A DNA stretch of 63,981 bases, counting the filler, from Basidiobolus ranarum (Eukaryota): NCBI GenBank assembly GCA_040143965.1. It is 4 parts of 4 records of this genome, joined end to end, with 100 filler letters (N's around TTAATTAATTAA, not from the genome) between each part and the next. Parts side by side here need not be neighbours in the genome. Positions count along the whole stretch, not along the records: positions 1 to 16,096 come from JASJQH010000354.1; positions 16,197 to 32,235 come from JASJQH010000356.1; 2 more parts are not named here. One strand, given 5' to 3'. Shown piece by piece: positions 13,329 to 24,308 of the stretch (the stretch's first letter is position 1; each line of letters begins with the position of its first letter). The notes under the pieces are model-generated. The model had not been told where the DNA came from, did not search any database, and was given only the letters and a program-made list of their open reading frames with translations. Position numbers and translations under genes: made by a program.

Positions 13329-13810
13329 GTAAAAAGAAAGGGATTGAAATATACTGTTACTGGTACTTACTTTTTTATCACGGTCCTGATAAGAATTGAA
13401 GGTGGGAATCTTCCATCATTTCGCACACCTTATATAATAAATCAAAGGTAGGGGTCCCCAGTTCGAAAAGAGAAATGGAAAGATAACTTGACTAGGATTG
13501 GCCATAAGACGGAGTAGCCTCCAGAGATACAAATTACCTGATACGGTATCTATGAACTTCGGATACGAGCTTAGACCCTGTCGAGGTTTGAACCTCATAT
13601 TATCTTTCACAGCTTCTTTATGCAGATTATTCAACATAATGGCTATACTTGGATCGTAGCTCCATGTAATCACTAGATTTCTTAACGTAGCAAGATATAC
13701 ACATGGTGATCAAAAGTTTTATTAAAAATCTACTCTAAATGAAAATTATACAGGTGCTTAAATACTTCAAAGTAAAAGGAATGCTTGTATATTAACTACT
13801 AAATAGCGAT

Positions 13811-14371
13811 CTATTCAGTCCTTGGAGCAATGAATAGTGCCTCTGAATCCGCTAAAACATTGCCTTTATGATCTTCCACTTGCCCTTTGACAAACCCTTT
13901 TCTACCTTCTATTTTAGATACTTCAGCTCTAACCACCACAAAGTGGTTGGCGAATGTTGGCCGGCGGTAGTTAAGGGAGAAGTTCGCAGTGAATCCGACA
14001 CCACCAGGTAAGTTTGGAATAATAGTTCTTCCCAATGCCTCATCCAACAAGGATGCAATCATACCTCCATGAATGATACCTTTATGGCCACAGAGCTTAG
14101 ATCCCAGATGGACGATTATAGCCACCTTCTGTCCGTCTGTGGAGCGGAAGATTAATGGCTCCAGGTCGATCTTTCCTTCACCACGTAGTGTATGCCAAAC
14201 TAAAGTATCAGTATGCTTAAAGGTTTCAGGGGTATCCACTGGAGATAGTTCCTCTTCACTATAGTCAGCATCATCGCGTAGTGCTTTGGTCACCTCTAAC
14301 AATTCCCGAGTCTCTAACAAGGAGTTATTTTCAACGTTATAAGGTTCGATCTGTACTTGACTAGATACCAT
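13811..14371 (-). CDS. PaaI/THEM4-like hot-dog-fold thioesterase
   Basis: LCGHKGIIHGGMIASLLDEALG motif and FTANFSLNYRRP; first in-frame ATG at 14371. Confidence 0.85.
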   Translation of the reverse strand: MVSSQVQIEPYNVENNSLLETRELLEVTKALRDDADYSEEELSPVDTPETFKHTDTLVWHTLRGEGKIDLEPLIFRSTDGQKVAIIVHLGSKLCGHKGIIHGGMIASLLDEALGRTIIPNLPGGVGFTANFSLNYRRPTFANHFVVVRAEVSKIEGRKGFVKGQVEDHKGNVLADSEALFIAPRTE

Positions 14372-14887
14372 GATATATAATGGAAATGTTGATGTTTGTT
14401 CACTGGTCACTTTGCATTATTTATACTAACCCATTAATCGACAATTTAAAGTTCATTGGTAGATTATGATGCTAACTCCTGTTTCTTCATTCACACTTCT
14501 CACATACTCCAATAGGAACCTTTGCCGACCGCCGACCATCACTCTGATTAGATCTGAGGAGATACAGAAATAAAGTCCCTAATTACTGCATTGCCAGCTA
14601 TCAGTTACCACGTACAAATAAAACCATATCTGACACTAAAACCACGTTGAGTTTCCAAAAGAGTCGTTGGCTGGTTCCAAGGAAGGAATGAAGTATGCAA
14701 TTCTGCTTACCTATTCATTTTGCCGTGGTATCCGAGTATCCCTATCGGAGATTTCGGAAGCCGAAAACGTGATGCGCGTGAGTTGAAGATTTTCATTACA
14801 TTGGGTAATAGGGTCCAAAACATCGTACAACGCTGTATCGACTCAATGTAGTTAGTCGTTCTCAAAGCTCTGGTGTGGATTCATATT

Positions 14888-15001
14888 TGATACTTTGAGC
14901 CATTATAAACATTAAACTTAATCAACAATGATACCTTGAGTTAAAGCACTGAATTTAATCAACAATGATACCTTGGGTTAAAACACTAAACTTAATCAAC
15001 A
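14888..15001. repeat. Tandem repeat, 3 x ~37 bp
   Basis: Unit TGATAC(C/T)TTG(A/G)G....AAACA(C/T)T(A/G)AA(C/T)TTAATCAACA repeated three times. Confidence 0.75.
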
Positions 15002-15305
15002 CTGGTCGAATGTATTTATATTCTTTACTTGAGTTACATTGATTATTATAGGTTTTCTTAAGCGTCTTGGGGTGTTTGTTTAATCACGTTGTAGTAGCTG
15101 AGGCATCTACAGGAGTGCTCATATGATCAGAAAAGTTCATGGAAAAGATTGGTTTATCGCTAAACTTTACAGAATATTCCCACTTCTATATCTTATGGTT
15201 TATTTAGTGGGGTTGTGAAATGTCTGCTTATAAAGTGTCGATCATTTGTAGATTAAGTGCAGTTGATATTTCATCCAAACAATTATTAAACTTATCTATA
15301 GTCAC

Positions 15306-15827
15306 TCAGCAAATAATACACCTAAAGCCTTCATTTTTTCGAAGTTCAACCAGCAGGCAGCCTCGATTTGGCGTGTCCACCGAATATGTAAGATTCTTCT
15401 GTCTCAGCCAAGTTTCAACTGCAGGCTTTAGTTTTTGGACCCCGTCCGCGGAGTGGTTTCCCATTCCTACTATGATGGTCAAGAAGTCCACATTCTTTTC
15501 TCGTTTACAGAGTTGTATACGCTCTTCCACCTTTAGAAGAGCTTCTTTCACATAAAGTCCATGTAAGTCAAGCTTATCCTTTGGTAAAGAGATATTATTA
15601 ACTTTAAACGTCAGCTCAACCGCTTTGTTGTTGGCCATATCCATCTTTCTACCATATTCCTTTCCTCTTTCTGACTCTTCCTTAGCCCCTTGTTTATCTC
15701 CACTTTGATAGAGCGCTTGGGACCTTGAAAAGCATTCGTTACGAAGTTTAGCGTATTTGTTGGCCTCTTGACGGTAACGCTCACCGCTAGCTTCTAATGA
15801 TTTTGGTGAGGATAATAAGTTTCCCAT
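15306..15827 (-). CDS. DUF1771 + Smr-domain protein (173 aa)
   Basis: Helical RNECFSRSQALYQSGDKQGAKEES (DUF1771-like); Smr motifs LDLHGLYVKEA, IIVGMGNHS, NRGCLLV; first ATG at 15827. Confidence 0.85.
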   Translation of the reverse strand: MGNLLSSPKSLEASGERYRQEANKYAKLRNECFSRSQALYQSGDKQGAKEESERGKEYGRKMDMANNKAVELTFKVNNISLPKDKLDLHGLYVKEALLKVEERIQLCKREKNVDFLTIIVGMGNHSADGVQKLKPAVETWLRQKNLTYSVDTPNRGCLLVELRKNEGFRCIIC

Positions 15828-16096
15828 TAATCTGTATGAGTTCTGAGTCAACCTTGAAAAAGGGTTACCTGATTCGATTATTTCATGGTAAGATTGGAAA
15901 GGGTCAGGGTTAAAAAATATTAATCCAAAAACATTGACACGTCATGATGGCAGATGCATGCAATGAAGCAGCAACAAAGAGATGGTATTCAGCAAAGATT
16001 TATTGTCTCGGACGTTGTTAGTAGAAAGCATCATTATCGATCTTAATTTTAAGATATCAAGGTTAAGTGGGGGGGGGTAGGTGGAGTAAGGAGGAG

Positions 16097-16196
16097 NNNN
16101 NNNNNNNNNNNNNNNNNNNNNNNNNNNNNNNNNNNNNNNNTTAATTAATTAANNNNNNNNNNNNNNNNNNNNNNNNNNNNNNNNNNNNNNNNNNNN
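16097..16196. other. Artificial contig linker (N-run + TTAATTAATTAA)
   Basis: 100-bp spacer with a six-frame-stop core, identical to the other two linkers. Confidence 0.95.
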
Positions 16197-17971
16197 ACGT
16201 TAGCGTAATGATGACAGAAGCATGGGGACGGCCTCAGTGGGCTGATACTTCGAGAAACTTCGCCTATAGTATTTTTGCTCTTGTATATATCTTCGAGATT
16301 ATGGCGAAGCTCTGTGGATTGGGATTCTACAGATGGGCTAAGAGCCGTTGGAACATTTATGATGCCTTAGTTACGACCGGAATCACCATTACCACCTTCC
16401 TGAGAATTTTCGAATTTGACTCGAACTTTCTCCTTCAAGTTCAGAAGTTTTTCTTGATTGGAATTGCTATTCGTGTATTCCATAAGATCGAAAGCCTGAA
16501 CACTCTCCTGCAAGCTTTAGTCTCGTCTTTGCCTTCAATCCTCACCATAACGGGACTTTATGGATTGGTTCTTGTCATATACTCTATTCTTTTTCAAGAA
16601 CTTTTTGGATTGACCAAGTTCGGTGAAGACACTACCCCCGATTCTAATTTCAGATCCTTTGGTAGTAGCATATTGATGGCAATTCGGATGACTACTGGTG
16701 AGAATTGGCATGTGGTTATGTTCGATATGATGGTGGAGCCTCCATATTGTGTACGCGGCAACGGAATATACCTTGATTCTGATTGTGGGAGTGTTGTATG
16801 GTCTCTCTTTCTATTCATTACGTTCTATGTTTTATGTACATATATCTTTTTAAATATGTTTATCGTGGTCGTTGTGGGTAGCTTCACCTATATATATAAC
16901 AGCAACGCAGCACTCGTGCTCGTATCCAAAGAGGACCTGGTCCATTGGAAACACACCTGGGCAGAATTTGACCCTCGCGCTACCGGTTATATATCTCCTG
17001 AGGATTTAGTACCCTTCTTTAATAAGTTGACTGGGAAATTTAGAATCAAAATTTATGATTCAGAGCACTCTCTCACACAACTACAGGAAGCCATCAACGA
17101 ACCTGATTTAAACCCTAGACCATATGAAGCTCGGCCAAATCAATTCCCTCAATACAACATTCGCTCTCTCAACCAGCACTTGAGTACTTTAAACTCAGAC
17201 ACGACAAGAGCGAGACGCCATCAGTTTAACCAACTCTACCAAGAAGCCATGATGATACGTGAACGTCGTGGTATCCCTTTTGCTGCATTACTCAAGACAT
17301 TCTCTTACCGCTTAATTGATGTTGAACAATACCTCGGTGTAGCCGAACTTTTGGAACGAAAAGAAATCTATCACTCTGTTCTTAGTATTTGGGCAATTGA
17401 GAAAGTTCGAGGAATACTGAGAACAATTGTTCAACGCCGTAAATTCATTCAAACAGAATTGAATACCTCACTTAATACACCAACATTCTCGAGGATTCCT
17501 CGAATTATCATTAACGAGGGTATTGCCTTAGCTAATAATGATGATTACTCACCAGTCAGTTCTGGCGGTAGCTCTCCTATATCTCCGGTATCTCCTTATG
17601 TGTCTCATTACCCATCATTCTCAGGTAGCTCTGGCCAACATGAACAACGACAGTCATTTGGCGATATGTCACCTTTATTCCCAGGTGTCGAGTAAGTACC
17701 TCGTCACAACTATATACCCAAACATTTGTTAATTCTGAGCTAACCATGTGTAATTAATGACAGTAGTAGCGTAGACTTCGATTCAACAAATCTCTCGCTA
17801 TCTCCCAATCAGGCCCATGCTATACTGATGTCAATGACTAACAACCACTGGTTCGGTAAGCTATTCTTACATTTTGAATTAGTCCAACTCGATTCCGCAG
17901 ACTAAATCTTCTTATGAGTAGGTCAAACCGAAGACAATTCTGACAATGAATCATTGGATGACGACGATTAA
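16197..17971 (+). CDS. CCH1: Cch1/NALCN-type four-domain Ca2+ channel: domain IV and C-terminus (5'-partial)
   Basis: TM helices, P-loop NFRSF...RMTTGENWHVVMFD, extracellular C...DCGS, S6 YIFLNMFIVVVVGSF, EF-hand-like WAEFDPRATGYI. Introns 17692-17763 and 17856-17921 give a stop at 17969-17971. Confidence 0.85.
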
Positions 17972-19568
17972 AACACATCTAGAGATAGAATGCTTTCGCG
18001 TCTGCTTAGCTTTCGTGATGGCACATTTTTCGCATAATATGTTTCTCCCCATATTACCCAACATTCATTCATTTGTACAAATTTCCTGTTATACGGGAAC
18101 TACTTCATATTTAGTTTGAATATCACTCATTTCTCTGTCACTTTACCTTCATTGTACAATATACGCTTAATTCTTTGTAACTGTTTGTGTAGCTTTACAT
18201 TTCATCACCACGCATTAACTTTGATTCTCATATTGAAGATTTTTATTCCCCGAATAATAAATGCGGAGCACAGGCTTTATTTGGTAGGTGAAAATAGCAG
18301 TAGAAAATACACTCGCTACCCTTTATCCCGGGATGATCACCTAGGTTATTTACGTATTTAATCGACGCACCATAGATCTGAATTCGGTAGGAATTCTTCG
18401 AGATTGAAAAACACCCCATATTTCAGAAAGTGGGGAGAGGATTGGGGAGCCTCAAGCCATTATTAACTAGCACGATTCCGGACACGGACAGACAAACAAT
18501 TCTGTTAGTAATTGTATTTATTCCACATGTCGCAATCACTATACAAATATTAATCAGCGTAAGCGATTATCACGAAGGTTTCAGCTTAGTGATGTATTGC
18601 TCATGGCTCAGATGATAACCATCATCGTGAATCTACCGGAATATTCGGCAATGTAATCTGCGTTGCCTGTAAACCGTAGCACACAATACAACACATCTTG
18701 ATTTTGATTCTATGTGCAGTTTTCAGATAAAACACATGCATCGATTTCAACAATCAGCTAGGAAACGTCTTACAAATCTTCATAAAAGCCTCCACTGCTG
18801 TTCAAGCATGACCAATTCCATGTGGAATAGTGGAATTCCTCCACCTAAACTTTCTCACTGCTCTCATCTCTCTCACTCCTCTTGCTGCCACGTGGTGAGA
18901 CAACGATACAAACATCTGTTTCGGTGGAAGTCTTACATCATCAAGTACACCCCCTTCAATCAACCTTGTTTCTTTTCCGTCGATTGTTTTCAACTGCGCA
19001 ATATACTTATCTATGCCAGCTCCTAGTAATAAACTTATTGATGCATACTAATGAATCGGGTGCTTGACAATCAGATAAAGGGCCTCATCAAGAGCTGTCC
19101 TATCATTCAACCGTAAAGAAGGCTGTAGTGCCAAACTAGTAGGCAATGGTCGGAATTTAGAATGTAAGCATTGTGGTACACTTATCCCGTATCAATAGTA
19201 TTTCCTAAAAATCTCAAGATAGAAAAAGAAAAAAATTTCAGCAGTCAATTCATACGACAATTGGTAACTTTCATCATTTACCGATAGCAATTATAATTTG
19301 AACAGATTATCCCAAGTGACACTTTTTATGATTTTACAATAGTGGATCAATATAGAGCCCCATTTAAGAGGAATTCCTATATTTATTCGAAACTTCAGCA
19401 TTCTGTATAGATCAATCAATCAACCCCAGTCACTGCTAATTTGGAAGGTTCGCCGTCTTGAGTTTATGATAAGCATTTTATTTATAAAGAGCAGATCATC
19501 GAGTTTGGCTTAATTCCAGTTTACTCTGAACGAAATTTTATTACTGTCGTTGTATCTGTTGAACGGAA

Positions 19569-21291
19569 ATGAACTTCTCCAGAAAATCCTTCCAATTATT
19601 TAATAACTCGGGTCTTGCTCGTGTTTCTCCCAGACGTGCATTTCACTTGAGTAGTACTCGTTTACTAAAAGCATGTACTCCCACACTACAAGCTTTACCC
19701 GCAGAGCAACTTAAATCTAGTGCTAACGGTAAAATACCTATATCCCCTTGTATTTTCGATTGACTTAACTAACCTCATTTGGAAAGTAGAGGAAAAACAA
19801 ACATCGAAGCCTGTTTCAAATTCTATATGGGACTTCTCTGTTACTTCTACCGAGCCTTGGCTCAACATATTGAAAGGCGCTAATCGTGATTCCTACCTTG
19901 ATTATGCACCACGTAAAGTCACCATGAAGCATATGAACGATTCTGCCGTCGAAGTATTTTTGCCTTTCAAATCAAACCCACAACTTGCGGAGCAGTATAT
20001 TAATACATACGGCGGTGTTAGGTAAGTTCAATCTTCAAAATACTCCTTAGATATGTTATTTCAGCAACTAAATCGTTGGTCAATACACATAAATCTATAA
20101 GAATTGGAAAAGTCCTTGAAGGTAGGCCTCATTAACACTCGAAATTACAGTTTATTGTTTAAGAAATACTAAAATTTCGTTTCAAAGATCTGGACAGACT
20201 TGCCGCTTCCGTTGCATACAAACATAACGATGACGGGTGTGGAGGCTGGCAGTCTTTGATTATCATGACTGCGGCTGTCGACAGAATTGAAATTTTGAAA
20301 CGCTTCGATACTAGACATGACTTCAAATTATCAGGCAAAGTTATTTATGTTGGTTACAGCTCCATGGAAAGTAAGTTTTTCAGGTTTATGTAGATATAAT
20401 TTTAGAAGAGGATTAATGGCTAATTATACTCTCTGTATTTCTCTTCTAGTCCTAATGAAAATCGAAACTGTGCCAAATAACCCCAAGGAAGGTAGTGATA
20501 CCATTCTTCTCGCGCGCTTCACTATGGTTTCTAGAGACAAGAAGACTTTGAAATCGGCTCAAGTCAATCCCCTAACAGTTACCAATGACGCTGAGAAAAA
20601 GCTTTTCCAAGCTGGAGAAGGTACGGGATTCTCCCATTTATCTGTATATGTTGATTTGAATACTTACTAATCATCATTTCCTTTCATAGAATTAAAATCT
20701 CGTAAACGTAGTTCTGCTGCCGAATCTCTTTTAAAAAGACCTCCAAATGCACAAGAACGTTTGGTCATCCATGACCTTCATCTGGAAGGGTTAAGATACG
20801 CTGAAAAAGGGATTAGACCCAAGGATATGGTCTGGATGAACGAGACACTCATTCAGTCTTATGTTTTCTGTCAACCACAAGATCGTAACATTCAAAACTC
20901 CATCTTTGGTGGTTATCTCATGCGTCTAGCATTTGAACTGGGCTACTCCAATGCTTGTCTTTTCACCAAGGGCCGTCCCCGGTTTTTGGCTTTGGACGAC
21001 ATTTCTTTCAAGAGTCCCGTCGCTGTTGGTTCGATCTTGAACCTCACCTCTAAGGTGGTGTATTCCCCAGGTGGTGATGATAAAGATTTCCAAGTTTCCG
21101 TAGTTGCTGATGTGTTGGATCATGAACAATCCAGTAAACGTACCACCAACGTATTCAATTTTACATTCACTGGCGAGCCCACAAGCCAAGTTCCTCGAAT
21201 TCTACCCAAAACATACGCCGAAGCGATGGAATACCTAGAGGGTAAGAAGCGTCAAGAAAATGGTGCCTATCATCGTCAGCTTGTAGCATGA
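19569..21291 (+). CDS. Mitochondrial double hot-dog acyl-CoA thioesterase (ACOT9-like), multi-exon
   Basis: Arg/Ser-rich presequence; YINTYGGVR-IGKVLE-DLDRLAASVAYKH, TAAVDRI, PQDRNIQNSIFGGYLMRLAFELG, DDISFKSPVAVGSIL. Confidence 0.85.
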
Positions 21292-22046
21292 TGCTTGAAT
21301 TTTCGACCTTTCCTTTTTAGAAAAATAGAGCCATTTTTGTACCCATAATACTATGATTTCCCCTCACTTTCCTTTAGATACCCAATTTTCAAACGCCACT
21401 TTCAGTTGAACTTGGGGGATGAATTGTTTTATCATCATGTATTAATTCGATGGTTAACAAAACCAATAGAACCTTAGTGTATACTGTCAAGCCAGATTGC
21501 AACCCATTCCCTTCCCTAAAAATCCTTATCAATAAGATTTATTTTGTGCCACCAACAACCTTCGTTATGGAAAGAAGCTAGGGTCAGTTCAATGAAGATC
21601 CATATTGTAAAGCCATTGTCATTGGACCAAGCATGTTTGGTTGAACTGAGCAGGCTGCGAGATCTCATCCACTTAAAAGATCGTCTACTAGCAATATATG
21701 GTATCTTCTGCAAGGAAAGAGGAATCACCAGTAAAATCGTGAATCCAAATGGAATTTCTCTTATCCAAGTATGAGCAAATGATCCGGTATCATCCAAAGA
21801 AGTATCGAAGTGAATCAATACGCAACATATACTGTCATACCTTAAGATCGTGCATCTATCGTCACATTATTCGTCAATGAGATCAAGCGATAGACAGAAC
21901 CAATTTGAAACAAGTGAGAGAGTGAAACTTGATTTGTTAGAAATTTAAGAATGGTTTGTTTACAAATGAGGATTCAAGGAAGTAGAAAAGGGAAAGGTTC
22001 GGGATCCCTTCATTCCGTCTCATCTCAACTCCCAGTTATCTCTGAT

Positions 22047-22808
22047 ATGTTGAAATCCTTCCTTTGCTCTCTCCTTTTGTCGATGTTGCTGTTATGTCAG
22101 GGGGCAGTGAGTATTCCTACAACGGAGGAAAGCTCCTCTGAAGCGATTGTCAAACGGGATTTATATGAGATGCAAATGTCGGAGCTCGATAGTGAGTTGC
22201 TGGGGTTGAATGCAGACAAGCTAAAAGTTATCTCTAGAATAGCCAAGCGGATGACTCCGATTATTTTACATATGACTGTGGGAGATATATTGGAGGCGGG
22301 AGGATTTATGGATACCAAGAAGAAGTTGGATCAATTCAGTGGGATAGAGAAGTCTGGCCTGGAAGAAGGCGATGAACATGTGAGCACTCTACTCAAACGG
22401 GATCTATCCGAGGAGGTTTACTCTCCAGAAGAGAGCAGTCTTCTTGACAGTAAACTATTAGAGATAGGATTGGAGGAAGACAAAGACGGGATCTTAGGGT
22501 TAGGGCGTATAACGAGGTTCGGGTTTAGGATCGTCAGTAGATTGGTTATTAGCACAGTTTTGAACAGACTGATCCCAGGCTATAAGAACATCACAGTTGG
22601 TGATCTATTGGGCAGATATTATGCACCAGAATTTACACCAGCCATCGTCAGCTTCCTAAACACTAAACTCCCCAAGATCTTCGAATATGACATTACCTTG
22701 TTGGGTCCAGGATTTGAGCGATTCAAGAGAATTTACAACAGTATTAGACTTAAGTCGAGATGGGGATATCTCAAATCTATTCTCTTTGGAACTCCTATAT
22801 GGGTGTAG
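22047..22808 (+). CDS. Secreted protein of unknown function with two KR-DL repeats (253 aa, intronless)
   Basis: Signal-peptide-like MLKSFLCSLLLSMLLLCQGAVS-IP from ATG 22047; internal duplication KRDL...LDSxLL...SR...TVGDxL. Confidence 0.7.
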   Translation: MLKSFLCSLLLSMLLLCQGAVSIPTTEESSSEAIVKRDLYEMQMSELDSELLGLNADKLKVISRIAKRMTPIILHMTVGDILEAGGFMDTKKKLDQFSGIEKSGLEEGDEHVSTLLKRDLSEEVYSPEESSLLDSKLLEIGLEEDKDGILGLGRITRFGFRIVSRLVISTVLNRLIPGYKNITVGDLLGRYYAPEFTPAIVSFLNTKLPKIFEYDITLLGPGFERFKRIYNSIRLKSRWGYLKSILFGTPIWV

Positions 22809-24308
22809 CTTCGTTGATTCTCGACGATTTCTTTGCTATCGATAAAATCAAAATAAATAAAAACCCGGGGATTTTTTAGTGAAATCCATGGCATAGACAC
22901 AAATCCAGTCCCATTATTATGCCCATATGATCTTTATTTTGATGATATCTTGCTCCTCCTATGCAACCATTCCATACGAGCTTAGATTCTCTTCGTTGTT
23001 AGCAGTCTGTTGTACGACTGATGGTACCACTGGGTATGACTGTGCCTAATGTATCAGTACCAAACATATTCTTCGGACTTTTCCTCGACGAATTTATCAC
23101 GTTTCTCTGGAAGCAGCTGCCAAGGTCTTGAATTTTACCTTTCTTCATCGAGTTACAAATTGCAGTCGCGTTCACAAGCATCAACAGTGAAATATCAGCA
23201 TAGTATCTAAAACCTCCATGCTGACCACCAAATTCGCAAGCTGTTGCCCTCAAGAGGTAATACGTCTGATTAATATGGGTGATTGTTCCAGAGAAAAGTT
23301 TTGCTGAGACAATGCCAATAAGGCTAGAATGAATAAACACAAATTTATTCCAAGCTGCATGGGATGATTGGTGAGAGAGGATGGTACATTATGACACCAA
23401 TTAATTTGCTAGACGACCACGGGGGGAGTTTTACTTCCCGCAATCAGTATCAATCTATTCACCTGACATCTTAGAAGGTATGAGCGACCCTTACAGATGA
23501 AACCTTGTGTAAAGTACGGCTTCAACTTTTCAATCTACAATTCAAGGGGATTAAGATGATATTATTTGGAACCAAACTTACCAGATTAGATACATTGAAA
23601 CTTCTCTTGGTCAAACGTTCGAAACATGCTCATACTCCACTCACAGCATATGAGCGCTTGAAGAACAATAAGGAATTGTTGGTATGGGGATGTACGGTAC
23701 ACTAGTATTCTTACCAGCCCGTAGATAGCAATAGATTATCTAATCATGCTTAAAGCCCGAGTCTACTGAAGTGTTCAAAATCGCGTATGGATGATGAATA
23801 GTCTCCAGGATAGTCCTAAAAATATATTTTTCTAATCGTCGAGTGTAACTAGTCTATTTAGGTCTCTATTGCAAAAAAGGTTGGTTCAATGATATTTGTG
23901 AAGAATAGCTCAACATTGAAATTATGTTGGATATCAGAAAAACGAAATGTATAGTAGGGGCGAACTGCAGGAGATGCATATATTTTACATGCAAAAAGAA
24001 ACATATATCCATTCACAGGTATCTTCTGGGCCTGAACTCAACCTCCAACCTTGGATCTACACACTAACTTTTTCAAGAGTATCATTATGGATGTTCCAAA
24101 TAGACGATTTCCAACTTCGAATAACGATCCATACTGACTAATTCATCCTCCTAAACGAGAGGCCCTATTTTCTCGTAGATTTAAATCATGGCTTCAGATT
24201 TAACTAGCTAACTTATGTTCAGGATCAAATTTAGGTTTATTCAAATACTTCGAGTGAGGATTCCATTTCAAAAAGAAAGTTCCTTCACATAAATTCAAAG
24301 CTTACAAT

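Larger units (their letters stand above)
12215..13410 (-). ncRNA. Putative non-coding snoRNA host gene: 5 introns separated by 52-56-nt exons
   Basis: Minus-strand introns 13192-13370, 12955-13138, 12714-12898, 12481-12661, 12262-12428, each with a GTAAG/GTAAA/GTAAT/GTATG donor, a CTAAC/CTAAT/CTGAC/TTAAC-like branch point and a YAG acceptor. Internal exons show no evident coding frame. TATATAAG upstream (~13429-13436) and AATAAA-like signals at ~12217-12231. Transcript ends are approximate. Confidence 0.8.

Noticed and set aside
18760-19030. HVAARG resembling DEAD-box motif V
   Set aside because: No other helicase motifs nearby; likely chance.
21516-21818. FCKERGI resembling a retroelement integrase fragment
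   Set aside because: A single short motif without DDE context.
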